The notes: generated from the sequence alone by a model not told the origin. 64,000 nt of DNA from Nymphaea colorata (GCF_008831285.2 NC_045138.2:26846001-26910000); one strand, 5' to 3'. Positions 41,797 to 55,745 are shown, counted from the first letter of the stretch. Program-made: numbers and translations.

Positions 41797-42954
41797 ATCT
41801 CTTTTTCTGAATTTTGTAACATTGAGCATTTAAGGGAAGAAGATAGATAAAGAACTCTGAGCTCTTAGAAATATTAATGGAGCCAACACACACTTGTCCC
41901 ACAAAAACACATAAAAAACACGTGTAGTGCAATATGAAGATAAAGTAAATACAGTGAGTTTTATTGATGGTTTATAGGGTGTCACATGTAAAGCTACCTT
42001 TTTTCAGGAAAAATGAATCCCAACATATGGTTTAATCATAGGTTATCTCATCAACCTAAATTAAGTGAGCGATAACCTATGATTTAGTCATTAATGAAAC
42101 AATATTTTTGATTGACAGTATTAAAAAATTATATGTAATTTTATTATTAGATTTTTGGAATTTTTTTATCAAGAAAATTTCTTTCTCCCTCTTCCTTTCC
42201 TCTCTCTCTCTCGCGCGCACGCGTTTTTCTTTCAGTAACATTCGTTCACATTGTAATCTCAGGGAGAAAACTAAGCATTCATTCACACAATATTGCATGC
42301 GGAACCCAAAGTTTGATTCGTAGACCTATTTATGTTGGACATTAAGTCCGATCGACTTTAGATCTTTCGTTTGATAGAACTTGAATGTTGGTATTAAATT
42401 CTTATCACATCTGCATAAGGGTGGCAAAACAGGGACAGAGATTTAGAATCCAAGGCTTTCTAAAGGACCCCTTATCAACTGCATTTCGAGCAACATTATT
42501 GGAGACATGAATCACTACTGTTTGGAAAATTTTTCTTGGATTCATTCCCGCTGGCGGTATGTGCTTTGGACACATTTAGCAACTTGGTGTTTGCTTCAAG
42601 ATCTTCTTTCTTAAGTGTTTGTAGTTTTCTATTCTGAGCTTGCTGGTTAACTTCAAAGAAAGTTACTTTCTTACCTTTCCTTCGCTCGATTTGATAAGGG
42701 ACAGCTCGAGAACTTCCAATTAAATACATTATTTTCTCCTTATTTTTACCTTCATGTGTACTCTAGCTAGTAGGATAACTATGTCCTCCTCATATGATCT
42801 TTTGTGGTAGCTGAGTCTTCAGCATCATGTTCGGTAAAGTGGGGATGCAAATCAGATTTGGCTTGGCGTTTTGCGATTTTCCATAAATTGTTGAGCTATT
42901 TGGATCCCATCCGGATCCATCCGTCTGAATGCTAATGCATGAAGCATCATATAT

Positions 42955-43143
42955 AGTCATTAGTATTTTTCATGAAGATGGTCGAATTATCATTTCAAAA
43001 TTTTAACACACCTGAAATATCATTTTTCAAAATTATTATATAAGGCAAGTGATTTTTTTTTAAATTTTACATATAAATCTCTTAAAATATTTTTTTTTAA
43101 GAGGACGGCCAAGGCCCCTGCTGGGTCCATGTTTCCGCCCCTG
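42955..43143. mobile_element. MITE-like element remnant
   Basis: AT-rich core ending in ggccaaggcccctgct...tccgcccctg. Shares ggtcgaattat and the GC-rich end with 53512-53640, and the ccgc(c/t)c(c)tg terminus with 58871-59041. No TSD could be resolved. Confidence 0.4.
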
Positions 43144-44480
43144 GTTTGGTTTCAGACACAACCATAAACCCTAAAGGCAAAGGGCAAATGAGAGGGAGAG
43201 AGAGAGTTTTTATTTTTTATTTTTTTTGGGGTTTCAAAGTTCTTTTTTTTTCAGTTAATTTTAATTGATTTTTCAATTTATCGGCTGTTGGTGTGCCAAT
43301 TTGAGATGCTAAATGTTGGATCAATTTATAATAACTAGATGATGGATGATCAGTGCCACAGATGTGACTGAAAAAAGTTAGTAGTAGAAGATGCATAGAG
43401 GAGGGGAAAAAAAAGGAAAACAATAAAAAAAAATTATGTGAGTGCGTGGTTGGCAGTGGCCATTCAAGCATTCAAGGAACCATTTGTTGCTAATGAACAT
43501 AATAACTTAGAAAGAATAAGTATCAGACTAATATTTTCAAGGAAGGAGGAAGAAGCCCTTCAGAGAGAAAGAAACTGTATGCCGATAAAATAGGAATGCA
43601 AGGAAAATTTGAGGACAAGAAGTTCTCTAGATACAAGAACAAAACAAATCCTGCAATAAAGAACTAAAGAACTGAGAAACAGTACGAACAAAGAAGTTCA
43701 ACAGTAAAAGGCGCCAACAGAATTTCCTTTTATTGTGGCTCATTTGCGCACGTTATTGCCATTTAGACGACCTCTATTATGATATGAAAAGAATGTGAAT
43801 CATGTGTCTTTTCCAGCAAAAGGATATACAATAGTCGATGCTTTGGATTGTAACACTCGGTAGAAGTGATGCGTTAAACTTATCAGTCTCCAGGAGCTCG
43901 GTAATAGGTTTTTACTGTACAGTCATTTTACCCTAAAATTTGGAATAGATTTACTATGTTACAGTATTTCATGAATCTATACTAATTATTTGACGAGATA
44001 ATAACAATTTGTTACTTGTGTCAAACAGTTTCTAAGATTGGATTGCTAACAAAAGATCTTAATTAATTACATGCCAAGTTGTGAAATCCTGCCGCTCTCG
44101 GATCTGGATTTAGCTTTACAAACTCAAGACCAAATTCCAATTTGAGTTTCCATTGCATTGAGGAACATTTGACTCATTGTCCGCAAGATATTTCGTGACT
44201 TTTTTCTCGATTTTTTTTACTAGTTTCTCATTTATTTCATTTTTTCCAGTTGTTAGGATTTTTTATTTTTAAAATTTGCTGAAATCTTTTCAAAAACTTC
44301 TTCCTGAAAAACTGCATCGTCAAAAAATACCTCAAAAAGCCTTACCGATACTTTCTCAAATATTTGTGACGATCATTTGACCGAATGGGATGTGGTAAAT
44401 GGTGGATTGCATCTTTAACTATGAACAAGCTACAAATATGCTCATATTCTGAAAACGCAAAAACAAAACAAATTGGCAAT

Positions 44481-44492
44481 CTCTCTCTCTCT

Positions 44493-44532
<40 letters not shown>
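44481..44532. repeat. Compound (CT)n(TA)n microsatellite
   Basis: Read directly. Confidence 0.9.
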
Positions 44533-44534
<2 letters not shown>

Positions 44535-47500
44535 CACTGTAGCATTTTTTGGCCTTTTGACGACACATAGGTCCCCTTGTTATAACTGTTCATTAAAGCT
44601 GACAATCCGAATACTGATGATGTCGGTCGATGGAGTAGCGGGTCTCTGCAAAGAAGAAATAAGGGGAAAAGAGTTGCAGCAATGAGTGCATACTGCAATT
44701 ATCAACGTTCCTATGAATAATGCCTTTTTCCTGCAATTTTTTTTACTTTGTGTTAGCATTTCAGTGCTTCACTTCGCTTTGAAGAAAAGATTTACTGAAG
44801 ATCAGACTTTCCAGCAAGTATGTGAGCCGAATGAACTAAAATACATAAGAATTCGGGTGCGGAGTAACTTTGAAACCAAATCCAACCTGTTTACACCAAT
44901 ATATACTAGCGATGTATGAAGCTATTTGTAACACTTCAAAGATTTAGTTTTGTAATGAAAATTGTGAGAGATCTTCAAGTGTTTATAAAAGAAGTTGTTA
45001 AATAAACGATTGTCCTGATTTCCTAGCTTTTTTGAGATTTGAGCTGAAACTGCTAGGAAGCAAGCTGAGATCGATCGAACCAAGAGCCGAAAGCCTAAAA
45101 ATGGGTCGAGTTGTTACACTGGCTAATGAGTTTTGAGGCAAGCATTGAATTGAAGATAACCCAGATGAAAGTCGGTTAAGGTTACAGTACTCTATGAATC
45201 TGTGACTCCAATATTTGGCGTAGATATATGAAACAGTTACATACTGTCGTTGTTGTCAAACGACGGCTAAGTTCTTCTTCCAACTCATGGAACAGGTAAA
45301 ACAAACTACTCTTTGAATATCCTTTCATATTGACCCGCATCACGTGACAATGAGTTAGGTGTTGTAACTAGCACCGGAATGACAGGTTAATAAAATTTGG
45401 AAAGAAAATCTCATTTCTTAGCAATCTTTCTCGTCTCAACGAGTTTAACGGAGTTCTTAGTTATATTTAGAGGTTCAAAAAAAATTGTAAGAAATTCTTA
45501 TTTCTTGCTCTTTACGATGCGCTTAAATTAGTTCTTAACAGTTACAAAAAACGCATTACTTTCGAAAAAATGCAAAAAAAAAAAAGCAAGAAATTGAAAT
45601 GCCATTTAAAACTAAAAAAGAAGGTGTTTTTTTTGAAAAAAATGTGAAAAACGAAAAAAGTGCATTTTTAACTTGTTTTTTCTCGTTTTTTTACTTTTTT
45701 TCATTTTTTTATTTTTAATTCCAAACAATTTTTTTTATCATTTTTTTATTGGTTACAAATCTACTTATTTTTTGATGTTTGTATTATTATTTTCTTACTT
45801 ATTTTATTTTTTTCCATTTTTAGTTTTTTTTATTCTTAAAAAAAATACATTTTTTTCATTTTTTCTTATATTTTTAAAAACTACCATATTATACTGAAGA
45901 AAAACCTAACCGTTTAAAACTCCAAGTCGTTATATTTTCTAGATAAAAAGCTCTACTGACACAGTTTGAAGAATCATATAGTCTTCATCAAATTCAGATC
46001 ATAATTGGAATCAGATCTTTTGGATCTAGATCCGATGGGATTGTACTGGAGCTCATTTGGACTTTGGCTCTTACTGCGCAAGTCAATTTCATGGACCATG
46101 GTGTTGACTGGGAAAGCATTGCTTTAATTAATCATAAAGGTAAACGAGTTAGGTCATTGAATTTATTATAGTTTTGAAAAGTTGTCTCGACCAAGCCAAC
46201 CGGCACATACGTAAGCACCCACTTAGTCAAGAAAGTCAGATCCACTGGCGAAAGTGCTGCATATGCTTTATTAGAGAATTTGCTTTTAAAAGTTAAAAAG
46301 TGACCATATATATATATATATATATATATATCCCGATACCATCCTCAATATCACAACATAAAACTACTACCATATTAATTTCCACATCTCAATATACTCT
46401 AGTGTTTTCTATCAAGTGGCTATATTAATTGTCCAAAAGTAAGCGGCTTTCTTTATAAAACTTTCATATTGAAAAGAACCAAGATGGGCAACACTTCTAA
46501 TATAATCTTCCAAAATTTTCAGTTTCAGACCTTAGCTAAGGGGCTGGGTTCGATTCCTAATGGACACCGTCGCACCGACCCTTCATAAAGATCCTTTTAC
46601 CGCTACTCTCACGAGGACTGGTAGGACAGAGGGTGCACTTCAAAAGATTGCCTAAAAAAGAGTAAGACCAAAAAGTGCACTTTGGAAGACAGAGGCCCGA
46701 GAACTTCAAGCTCCTCCAAAGGTGGAAAAAGGCAGGAGAGTCGCATGACTGTCGACGGCAAACTCGCTTTGCTTGTTGCTTCTCACTCCATTCCTTCATA
46801 AATTCTCAGTCAGTTCTGTCACTCCTCTCCTAACCTCCTTCTTGCTTGGCCATGTTCCCTACTTCTTCAGATACTAATATATGTATAAGCTTCAGGCCAA
46901 AGGATCATAATCTCTTTTCTTCGACCTCCTTTTTCTGTCTATTTTCACATCAAAATCTATAATCTATCCCCATGTTCATCTTTGTTAGTTTGGACCTCTT
47001 TATTTTCGAGGATGAAGAAATTGCTGTCACGACGTAGGAGACGTGACTGGCTGGTTTAACCAGTACCAGCTTACCAGACGGTTATTACTTTCCCAAGTAT
47101 AAAACTCTACAGGGAAGGCTTCTTGAAGCTCAAGTACTGTCGAGGCAAAGACAGTAAAAGCTATTGTGGTGGTGAAGACAGATGGTCCTTCCCGTCGTGC
47201 TCGTACCAGGAGTTAAGAATTGGGGTTTGGCCTGGTAAACGAACAGAACAAGCTATACTCACCAGACGGTATTGACTTGCCGATCAAAACTCAAGCTTAA
47301 GCCGGCCTCTGTCCTTGCTCGAGTTCAGGCCAAATCCAGCCAATTAAGGGCGAAAGTATAAGGACAAACTTATAGATCTAGCTATGAGCATGTCAACAGC
47401 TCTAATCTTGAGAATCGCTCAAACCTGTCCCTCTGTAGCAAAAGTTGTGGCCAAGGGGAAAATTCTAAGAAAGATGTGATATAGTTGATTGAAATGATCT

Positions 47501-49076
47501 CAAAAGAGCTTGCGGTTACAATGGCCAGAGATAGATCATCAATAGATGTAGAAACATGCAATGTACGTGGTTTCACTTGAACAGCATTGTTGTATGAAGG
47601 TCTTCCGGCAATGGCTGTTATGAAGTGTAAAATCAAGCAGAAGACTTCATTGTAGATGAAAACATCCTTTATTCTCACCTTTCCCCTATTTATTTCATTT
47701 TCCCCAACAGATAAAATGGAAGAATCGCCAGTTTAGTTGGGTTAGGTGGAATTTACTCGGATGCCCAACCACAGTAGCCAGCTGTTGTCCAAAACTGTCG
47801 GAAGCTCAAACGTACTTTTTATGTTTCAAAGCAACAAATTGGGAGATTGACATGCGTCAAGTTGGTCGCAGGAGAGGACTTAGCTTAACTGTCGACTTAT
47901 TTCTCACCTTTGCTGCTTCAAAAGCATGCAACGGGAAAACAAACTTCCAATGCAGGCATAGAAGCAAGTAAAGAAAAGTGGCATGACAACAAACGGCAAG
48001 TCCACAGGTCACTAGAATAAATCACTGAAACAATGAACAAGAACATGAAGTGAAAAAAATTTGAAAGGGAGCACTCCCGTTAAACAACAAAATATGTTAT
48101 CATGCATAATTAAGACAATAAGACCTAAAATAACAGAAAATGAATACCAAAAAGGGAAATGAAAAGCAATACAAGTTGTAAAAAAAACATTTTTACACCA
48201 TATAATCTTTAAATATTTGCCACATGTATTCAATGAATAACATATATACGGATACTAGGAAATGAAATACTCAAACTTGACAAGGGTTCTTCAAAAGCAT
48301 TATCAATAGCATCGTTCAGCAAAACTTGCTAAGCAGTAAGAACAAGCATATAGCATACTAATAGCGAGATGAGTAAATAAACTACGGCAAGTCATAGCGA
48401 ACAGAAAATAACACATTTCCTCAGTACATCCTGTCATTCGAGCATGCATCTGCAAGAGGTCCAAGGTAAGCAGGCATAATAAAATACAATCACTCGTCCG
48501 TTAAGTATGAGCACAATTACTGGCAAGTTATTTACTATGTACTTGACTGAGGGTGAACATTATCAGTGAAATTTACCTCCAGACAGTTGCATAATTTTGA
48601 CTTGTTTTTCGTTAATCCTCTTGCAAGAGGCTGAGAGGAGCCTTCTTAACTAGGTCGATTAAGAAAAAGAAAAAGAACATGCACTTAAATTCTTCAGTTA
48701 CAAAGGAAAAGTGGAGACAAGACAGAAAGGGTACGAATCACAATTTTCCTTTGAATGATCTACAAAATACAAAGAAACTGAAAATGCATGTATAATGCAA
48801 GCTGACGTCTTTCATATCTAGTAATTATATCCCAAAAGCTTAGGAAGAAAAGAGTGGAACACAAAGATGATCAACCATAAAACCGCTTGAGGGATGTGAT
48901 ACTCATAACCAAAAGTATTCATACTATGCAGGTAGTAATAACAACGCCTTAGATTTACAGACAAATCTAGCACAATATGGGAAAAGGAAGAAAGAAAGGG
49001 ACAACCGTGTCAATATTTAGGGAACTTTCTTACTAAGTGTAGCATGTATTGCCAACCTTGCACCCTTATGTACCAA

Positions 49077-51180
49077 TCACCTTGCATCAGTTGCCACAAT
49101 TAGTTCATCAGGAGGGCAATCATCAAGCACATTACTAGGCTCAAGGGGCATTTCATCATAAGTTGTTGAGAGATACTTCTGCCCAATAGCTCTAAGCAGT
49201 TGATAGACTTCAAACATAGAGGGCCTTTCCTTGGGAGCGGAGAGCACACATGCACATGCCACTCGTAAAAATTGCAGTAACTCATCATCAAAACCACGAC
49301 CTGCCAGGGATCGATCTATGGCGTCTTGAACAACAGAATTGCTTGAAAGTTGAGTAATCCAATCAACCAGATTTCCCTTGAAGCTTTCAGGGGCATTTGC
49401 CACATGAGTGGATTCTTCACCAGTTACTATTTCCAACAGAACCACCCCAAAACTATATACATCTCCCTTTGGTGTAGCAACAAGTGTCCGTGCATATTCA
49501 GGGGCCACGTAACCCAACACACCAAATTCACCATTCACGTAGGTGCTAAGATGCGTGTCAACAGGATTCATAAGGCGTGCCAGGCCAAAATCAGAGATTT
49601 TTGGCTCATAGTCATCATCCAACAGGATACAATGGGAACTAATATTCCGGTGGATGATACGTGGATTGCAACTATGATGAAGCCAAGCCAAACCTCTTGC
49701 AGCCCCAATGCTTATTCTCATTCTCGTTGGCCACGCCATAACTTCAGATTCAGCTTTAAGTACATGTAACTGTTGATACAAGGTGCCCCTGGGCATGTGC
49801 TTGTACACCAACAGTCTCTCCCTTTTAGCAACACAGAAGCCAAGGAGAGGAACCAAATTATGATGCCTTACTTTCCCAAGCGTTTCCATTTCAGACTTGA
49901 ATTGCTTTTCAGTATGTTGAGAGTCCTGCAATCGCTTGACTGCAAGAAACGAACCATCTGAAAGTGTTGCTTTGTAAACTGTTCCTGTTCTTCCTGAGTT
50001 TATGATATTATGTTTGCTGAAGTTGTTTGTAAACTTCATCAGATCTCTCAGCTTCAACTTCGGAATAGAATTCTCAAACACAGAAACCTGGTAATCCAAC
50101 GCAGAAGGCATTGTTAACAAATCAAGAATTTCAAAGGAAATATATAAATCAAACAGGAAAGGTATCTGAAATGATGAACTACATGAATCCACACATGCAA
50201 ACATGGTGGTATGTGGACAAACAGAACCAATTTGTCGACCAAAGATGAATAAAGTTGAAGAAAGAGAGAGCGAGCAGGGAGGGAGGGAAAAAATTTGAAG
50301 AGTGTGTAAGAGTAATTTTGCTTGCCTTTACTCCCTTCTGTGCAATCATGTCCTTGGCCCATTTGTTGCCTTCAATATCTTCATCCTTCTTCTTGGGCTT
50401 CTTACGGCAAAACAGCATCAGAACAATGATAATGAGCAGGGCAATGAAGAGGATTCCACCACTAACGGTTGCAGCGGTAACAACAGCATGGTTGTTCTTT
50501 GCTTGAGACTGACAATTTGGTAACGGAGGCCCGCAAAGCCCTTCATTACTTGCAAAACTCTCAGGAGGTTGAGGATTCACGAATGGAGGAATATTCCCCG
50601 TTAATTTGTTACTTGCAACGCTGAAAGTCTTGAGCCGACTTAACTGCCCGATTCCAGGGGGAATTCCACCGGTAAACAGGTTACTATCCAATTTTAATGA
50701 GTTGAGATAAGTACAGTTCTTCAGATTATCAGGGATTTCACCAGTAAACTTGTTTTTCGACAGATCTAATGAAGTCACAAATCCCACATAATGTGAAATG
50801 TTAGTGGGCAAGGGCCCGGCAAGCTGGTTGTCTGAAAGATCCAACCCCGTCATGCTGGTGCAGTTCGCTAGACCAGTCGGGAACTGCCCCTGGAGGCCCA
50901 TGGAGGACAGTCTTATGTTGAGCACTCTGTTCTCGTTTGGGTGCCAACACTCTACCCCAACGAAGTTGCAGATGTATCCTTCTGAATTGTTCTGAAATTT
51001 CCAGGACGCCAAAGAGTTGTTGGGGTCGTCTAAAGATTGTTGCAGGGATTTCAGGCACTCTATATCAGATTGAATGCAGTGGCAGTTATGTATGCTCGTC
51101 AACAAAATTACCACAATAAAGAGAGAACTCATTCTTCCATAGTTCATGCCCGCCGTCATGATCAACTCAACATAACCCAT
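49077..51180 (-). CDS. BIR1: BIR1-like (At5g48380-type, LRR-X) probably inactive LRR receptor-like kinase, about 621 aa
   Basis: Exon 1 51180-50326 encodes the signal peptide, the LRRNT cap [18 protein letters not shown], about 5 LRRs, GLCG, the TM helix and EGNKWAK. Exon 2 50087-49077 encodes [73 protein letters not shown] and [11 protein letters not shown]. The open frame is 1866 nt across a GC-AG intron. The ORF-track start at 51231 is TTG; the first ATG is at 51180 and the true start could be a later ATG. Confidence 0.9.
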
Positions 51181-51670
51181 GTTTTCTTCTTTTTTCCGCC
51201 TATCCACCACCTCAGCGTGTACTAATTCCAAAACTTCTCAGCAAAGACCAGCTTACTCAGACCAGAAAACAACTAACGGACTATCCAAATCAAATTCCGC
51301 CGAAATTCAGCCTCTATAAGCAACCGAAAACACTAATACACAAAAAAAAGCAAACCGAATACCCAAGAATTCTAAGATTGAGATCCGCCACCACAATCAA
51401 TTAAGAGAAACCAATTTCTTCTTATGCAGAATCCGAACTCTCCACATGAAGAACCCCAAATTCAAGCCTCCCCACGTCAAAAACAAAGGAGAAAATCTAC
51501 GACGAGACCGAAGGAGCTCTGAAGACGTAATAAATCTACCTCAAAGCAAACAGGAAAAATCCTCCCTTTTGTATGCGCAAGAGCCTTCAGAACACAAGGA
51601 TCAGAAGGATAAATATGAACCACCGGATTTGTAGGAGAAGTACGAGGAGGAAGCAAGAAGAAGATGGTAC

Positions 51671-51800
51671 CTTGTCTCCTCCATGGAGGAGGGAGAGAAG
51701 AAGAGACCAAGAGAGCAGAACAGAACTTCGCAGAGGCAGAATACCCTAATCATTGTGGCTTTTGCCTCCTCTTGTTTGTTGTCACAGCAGATGACCCAAA
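51671..51800 (-). promoter_or_regulatory. Possible non-coding 5' UTR exon of the BIR1-like gene
   Basis: The minus strand is CT-rich and ends AAG|GTACCA at 51670, followed by T-rich intron-like sequence down to ~51225-51240. The acceptor is not certain. Confidence 0.35.
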
Positions 51801-54800
51801 AAATAATTAAATAAAACAGAAAATCTGCCGGCCCCATCACGTCGACTTGACCAGAGGAGCTGCTCACTTTACTAGGAGTCGTCCTCTCTCTAGATCTGTC
51901 TTGACCAGGCGCCAAAGAACTCACACACTCTCTCCAATTACGCGAAGGGACGGGTCCTAACGCGTCAATCCCAAGCACCTCAGACTTCCGTCCGAGAGTA
52001 TTCACTCTTCGTTGAAGATGCTTTTTCATTGAAGACGCGGTAGCAACCAGCTACTCCTTCAACCCACCAATCTGCTCTCTATTATCTTCTTTGACAAATA
52101 GAATTCTCATACTTCAGTGCCCATCTATGCGCATTTCTCGGACCATCCCTCCAACAAGGAGCTTTTTAGTTTGAAATTAACAAAGTTCATGTCTAACTTC
52201 TTGGAACTCAATTCAAAACTCAGTTGCATAAACTCAATTCTAACGTCCTGTTGTTTAATAAGCAAAACTGAGTTAAGGCAAATCAATTCAGATCATGGGA
52301 AGCAAGGAATGAGAAGAAAAAGATTAGTGGAACTCGCTTTCTTGTGAAAAGGGTGGTGGTAATGCTGGCCTTCAAATGTTCCTTTGTCTCCTGCTCACCA
52401 AATCGGTCCTCCTTTTCCTCTCAAAAGTAATCGTCTCATAATTCTGCAGGACAAGGACAGGGGAAGCTGCCCGGTCAATCACGGCAAACATGGCCCGATC
52501 CCACCACCACGACAAGTGGCCATCCGAGTTCATGCTTACCCCGTTCCACAGTCCCGCCGTGCCGCTCAAGTCGGCCCTTCTTCGTCCCTCCCAACTCCAA
52601 GACTTCCATTCGTGTTCAGATTTGAGTCAGACTTTAGTTTAGTACCACCTTTTATGCGTTACTCCACTTTTCTTTACAGCCCATGATAATTAAAAAGAAA
52701 AATATGTTCTTTTTCTTTTAGTTTGAGAATAACAGAGGTAAAACCGGATGGAAAATATTACAAAAATAAAATGGGTTTTTTGTGACATATTGATTTGCTA
52801 ACAATAATAAGATACTTCGAAGATATGGTGTTTTTTTTTATGTATATTATATTGGGCATTGACGATTCTACACTCAAGGGAGAACTTGGTATTTTAAGGG
52901 AGATATAGTCAAGATGACTTGTTGAGTAAACGATCGTGTGGGTCCGCTCTTGCAGGCCTCGAGCATTGAACACTAGAGCTCCTCCTTAAAATATTTAAAC
53001 ATAACTTATATTACAAGATAACGCGAAAGTTTGTAGGTCTACATAATACTTACGTAAATATATGTTTATATAGGTTCATTGCTAAAGGAGTTAAAATACT
53101 TTTTTATGTCACAAATATGAAGAACCTAAATGCGGGATTGTTTATCATGTTGACTTGGTGTTAAGAACTTGTCTTTTACTGGAAAAAATAATGGCATGGA
53201 CACTTCTCAAGGTTTGAATCGCGCCAGGAAACAGAAAAACATGCCAAACCATGTTTCTTGGGAGCATTTAGGATCATTTAAGACGAAAATCGATTAGAAA
53301 TAACAGGTCCATAGTTAAATTAGTGAAAGTTGATACACTATTTGGTTTGAAATACTATGGGATCTACCGTAACCATGAAAAATGTTTGAGAATTTAGTCA
53401 ATAAACCTCTTGTTTTTAAGTCGGATCATGAGAAAACTGCACCCAAGTAGAGAGACAATGTCAATTGCTCAACACTGTAAAACCTGAAGGTTAGTAGGCT
53501 CACCTCTAAGCAGGAGGAGAGGAGCTAGAAATTTTTTTATTTGAGAAGGTCGAATTATAATTTTAATATAAATCAAAATATAATTTTTTAATTTTTTTTA
53601 TAAGCTAAATAAAAAAATACATATAAATACGCTTGCCCCTAGCACAATGTATTAATGTGGTAGGGACCTGCTGTGCATCTCACCAAGATAAGGAAAAATT
53701 AAATGCTTTTTATGGCACATGAAGATGGCGCCGACTTGGTTGACAGATTGGATCATATCTGTAAATTTTCCACAAGAAAGACGTGAAAGCCTTTATTATC
53801 CGGGATTTCACTCCTTCCAAAATAGACTACATTTGCCGCAACGTTGGAAATGTTGCAGATACCATTAGAATTTGTATGTTTTGCTACATTTAAGTAAGTT
53901 TCATTGGTAATTAAGTTCATAATAGCACAGATTACACATCTAGCGAGAGATTATAGCAAGCTAAGTGTTCATAGTTTGCTGCCCATTTGACTTGGGTTTA
54001 GATAAAAAGTTCAGATTAAACAATTATGTGATGTATGCAGACGAATATGTGTCTAGAAATACGATAAAATTTTTAGCATTTTCGCTTTGTTTTTAAAACA
54101 ATACATACATTTTTTTTTTCTAAAGGCTAAATGAATTCTTAACTACATTTGCAGGAATCCTGCTATAAAGGAAGTTGATCGCCCATTAATTATCCTAGAG
54201 TAATATAAAGAGCTTGATTTCTCATCAAAACGAGGTGTGGCACTTTCTCCCAAACAATGGATTCTCGGTCCAGTTTTAATCTGGATCTGGATCTAGTACT
54301 AGATTGTCGGAGTGTCGCCAGGATTACGGACCCACTCTAAATAGGGTGTCAGTCCAAAGAATTGGCAGGGCTCGGTCAAAAGATGGGACTCGTTCAACAC
54401 TGGACAAGATGGTCTTGTACTACATTTTTTATTTATTTTAAATATATAATAATAATAATAATAATAATTTTTTTTTGCAAATGGATTCAGCTGAATCCAT
54501 CCATTTTCTGTTGGACTCGATTCAGTTTTTAATTTCTAGAAAGCTAGATGAAACTTGAATAGACACTCTTCATTATGAATTAAAAAAAATAGAAGGGCAA
54601 GAGGATGAGGTGTCAAGATCATGGAATATCAAGGCATCAATGTCGTCGAGTGGTTCAAATTTCAAAGGTTTTGATTTCCCTTTTGTAAACTCTTTCAATG
54701 GTCAATCAATTTATTGCTATTATCTTTTGGGCGGTTGGTGCAAAGACTAAGAGAAGAAAACTGTAAATTTCTAAGTCATCTTTATGCTTCACTGAAATCA

Positions 54801-55054
54801 ATTTAATAATTTAACCAACAATATGCATTTCATCTTCATAGCGCACACACAAGAAAGCTAAAATTGGTAATATAATACTAATTTGAAGTGCTTAATACTG
54901 TACAAGTATGAGGACCTTTGATTTCCACGGACGTTATGCTCCTCCCCAGATCTATAATGACATAAAGCAAACGCATACCGACTCCACATCGGGCCCCCAC
55001 TCAACCCAAGTGCCTCTACTTCCACTCAACCAACCATATAGATGATGAACATGG

Positions 55055-55270
55055 CATCTTGACAGTCAAGTCAAGACCTTCAACTTGTTTTTACATTTGG
55101 ATGACAAGAGGGTACCCTTCAATCCAACTGTAAAAGATTTCTTTGTATCTCATAGACTCAAGCGACCAATCTATAGCATGTTCAGATCCACAGCAGTCCG
55201 CTTTCAGTTCTTTTTTGAGAGCCTGAATTTCTTGAGACATGGTATCGCACCATTGTTGAATTTTGACAAC
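55055..55270 (-). mobile_element. Degenerate Ty1/copia reverse-transcriptase fragment
   Basis: Minus-strand translation across frameshifts and stops gives VVKIQQWCDTMSQEIQALKK ... HAIDW ... VYEIQRN ... IEGY ... LVIQM*KQVEGLD ... VKM. This follows the copia RT pattern W..AM.EEI.AL..N.TW ... AIGCKWVYKIK ... IERYKARLV.KG..Q.EGLDY ... VKM. Confidence 0.7.
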
Positions 55271-55745
55271 AGTTTATAGTTCTATCGATGTTGGTTATGT
55301 CGGATTTGGATGGTGTGAAGGAATGTCTAAAATTGGATTGTCTTCAAACGGAGGCGGTTGAAAGTAAATCCGACTCTAGACTTGGCAATGGCATAAATAT
55401 AGCAGATTCGTTCATTTTCAATATGGTCGTGAAAGGGAGCACTGCCAATTAGGATTTAGGAATGCTTCACTTTTTCCAAGTCTACACAGGCATGGATTAG
55501 TCTGCGTTTACAAAGATACAGACCGTGTTTCCGAAGTCTCTCGTACTTCTTGAAACAAGTTTACAAACAGAAAGACTGTGTTAACCAACGACGATTATTA
55601 TGAGTTCTGGCCCTCTTTCATCACCGTTTCCTGTTTCAGTTTTAGAGCACGATGTTCTCTTTCTTTATTTGAGAGCCATCAGCGATAGTCTCTCTTGATT
55701 TTCTGATTCTGCACATACGTGATCGTCGGTGTGACAGTTCTTCTT

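Noticed and set aside
45546..45890. A-rich then T-rich stretch and a Phe-rich 74-aa ORF
   Set aside because: Low-complexity sequence; the apparent hairpin and TM peptide follow from composition alone.
46520..46600. tRNA gene suggested by GGTTCGATTCC
   Set aside because: No A-box, acceptor stem or cloverleaf could be built.
51181..51231. N-terminal extension of the BIR1 ORF in the track
   Set aside because: It starts at TTG, not ATG; probably 5' UTR or intron end.
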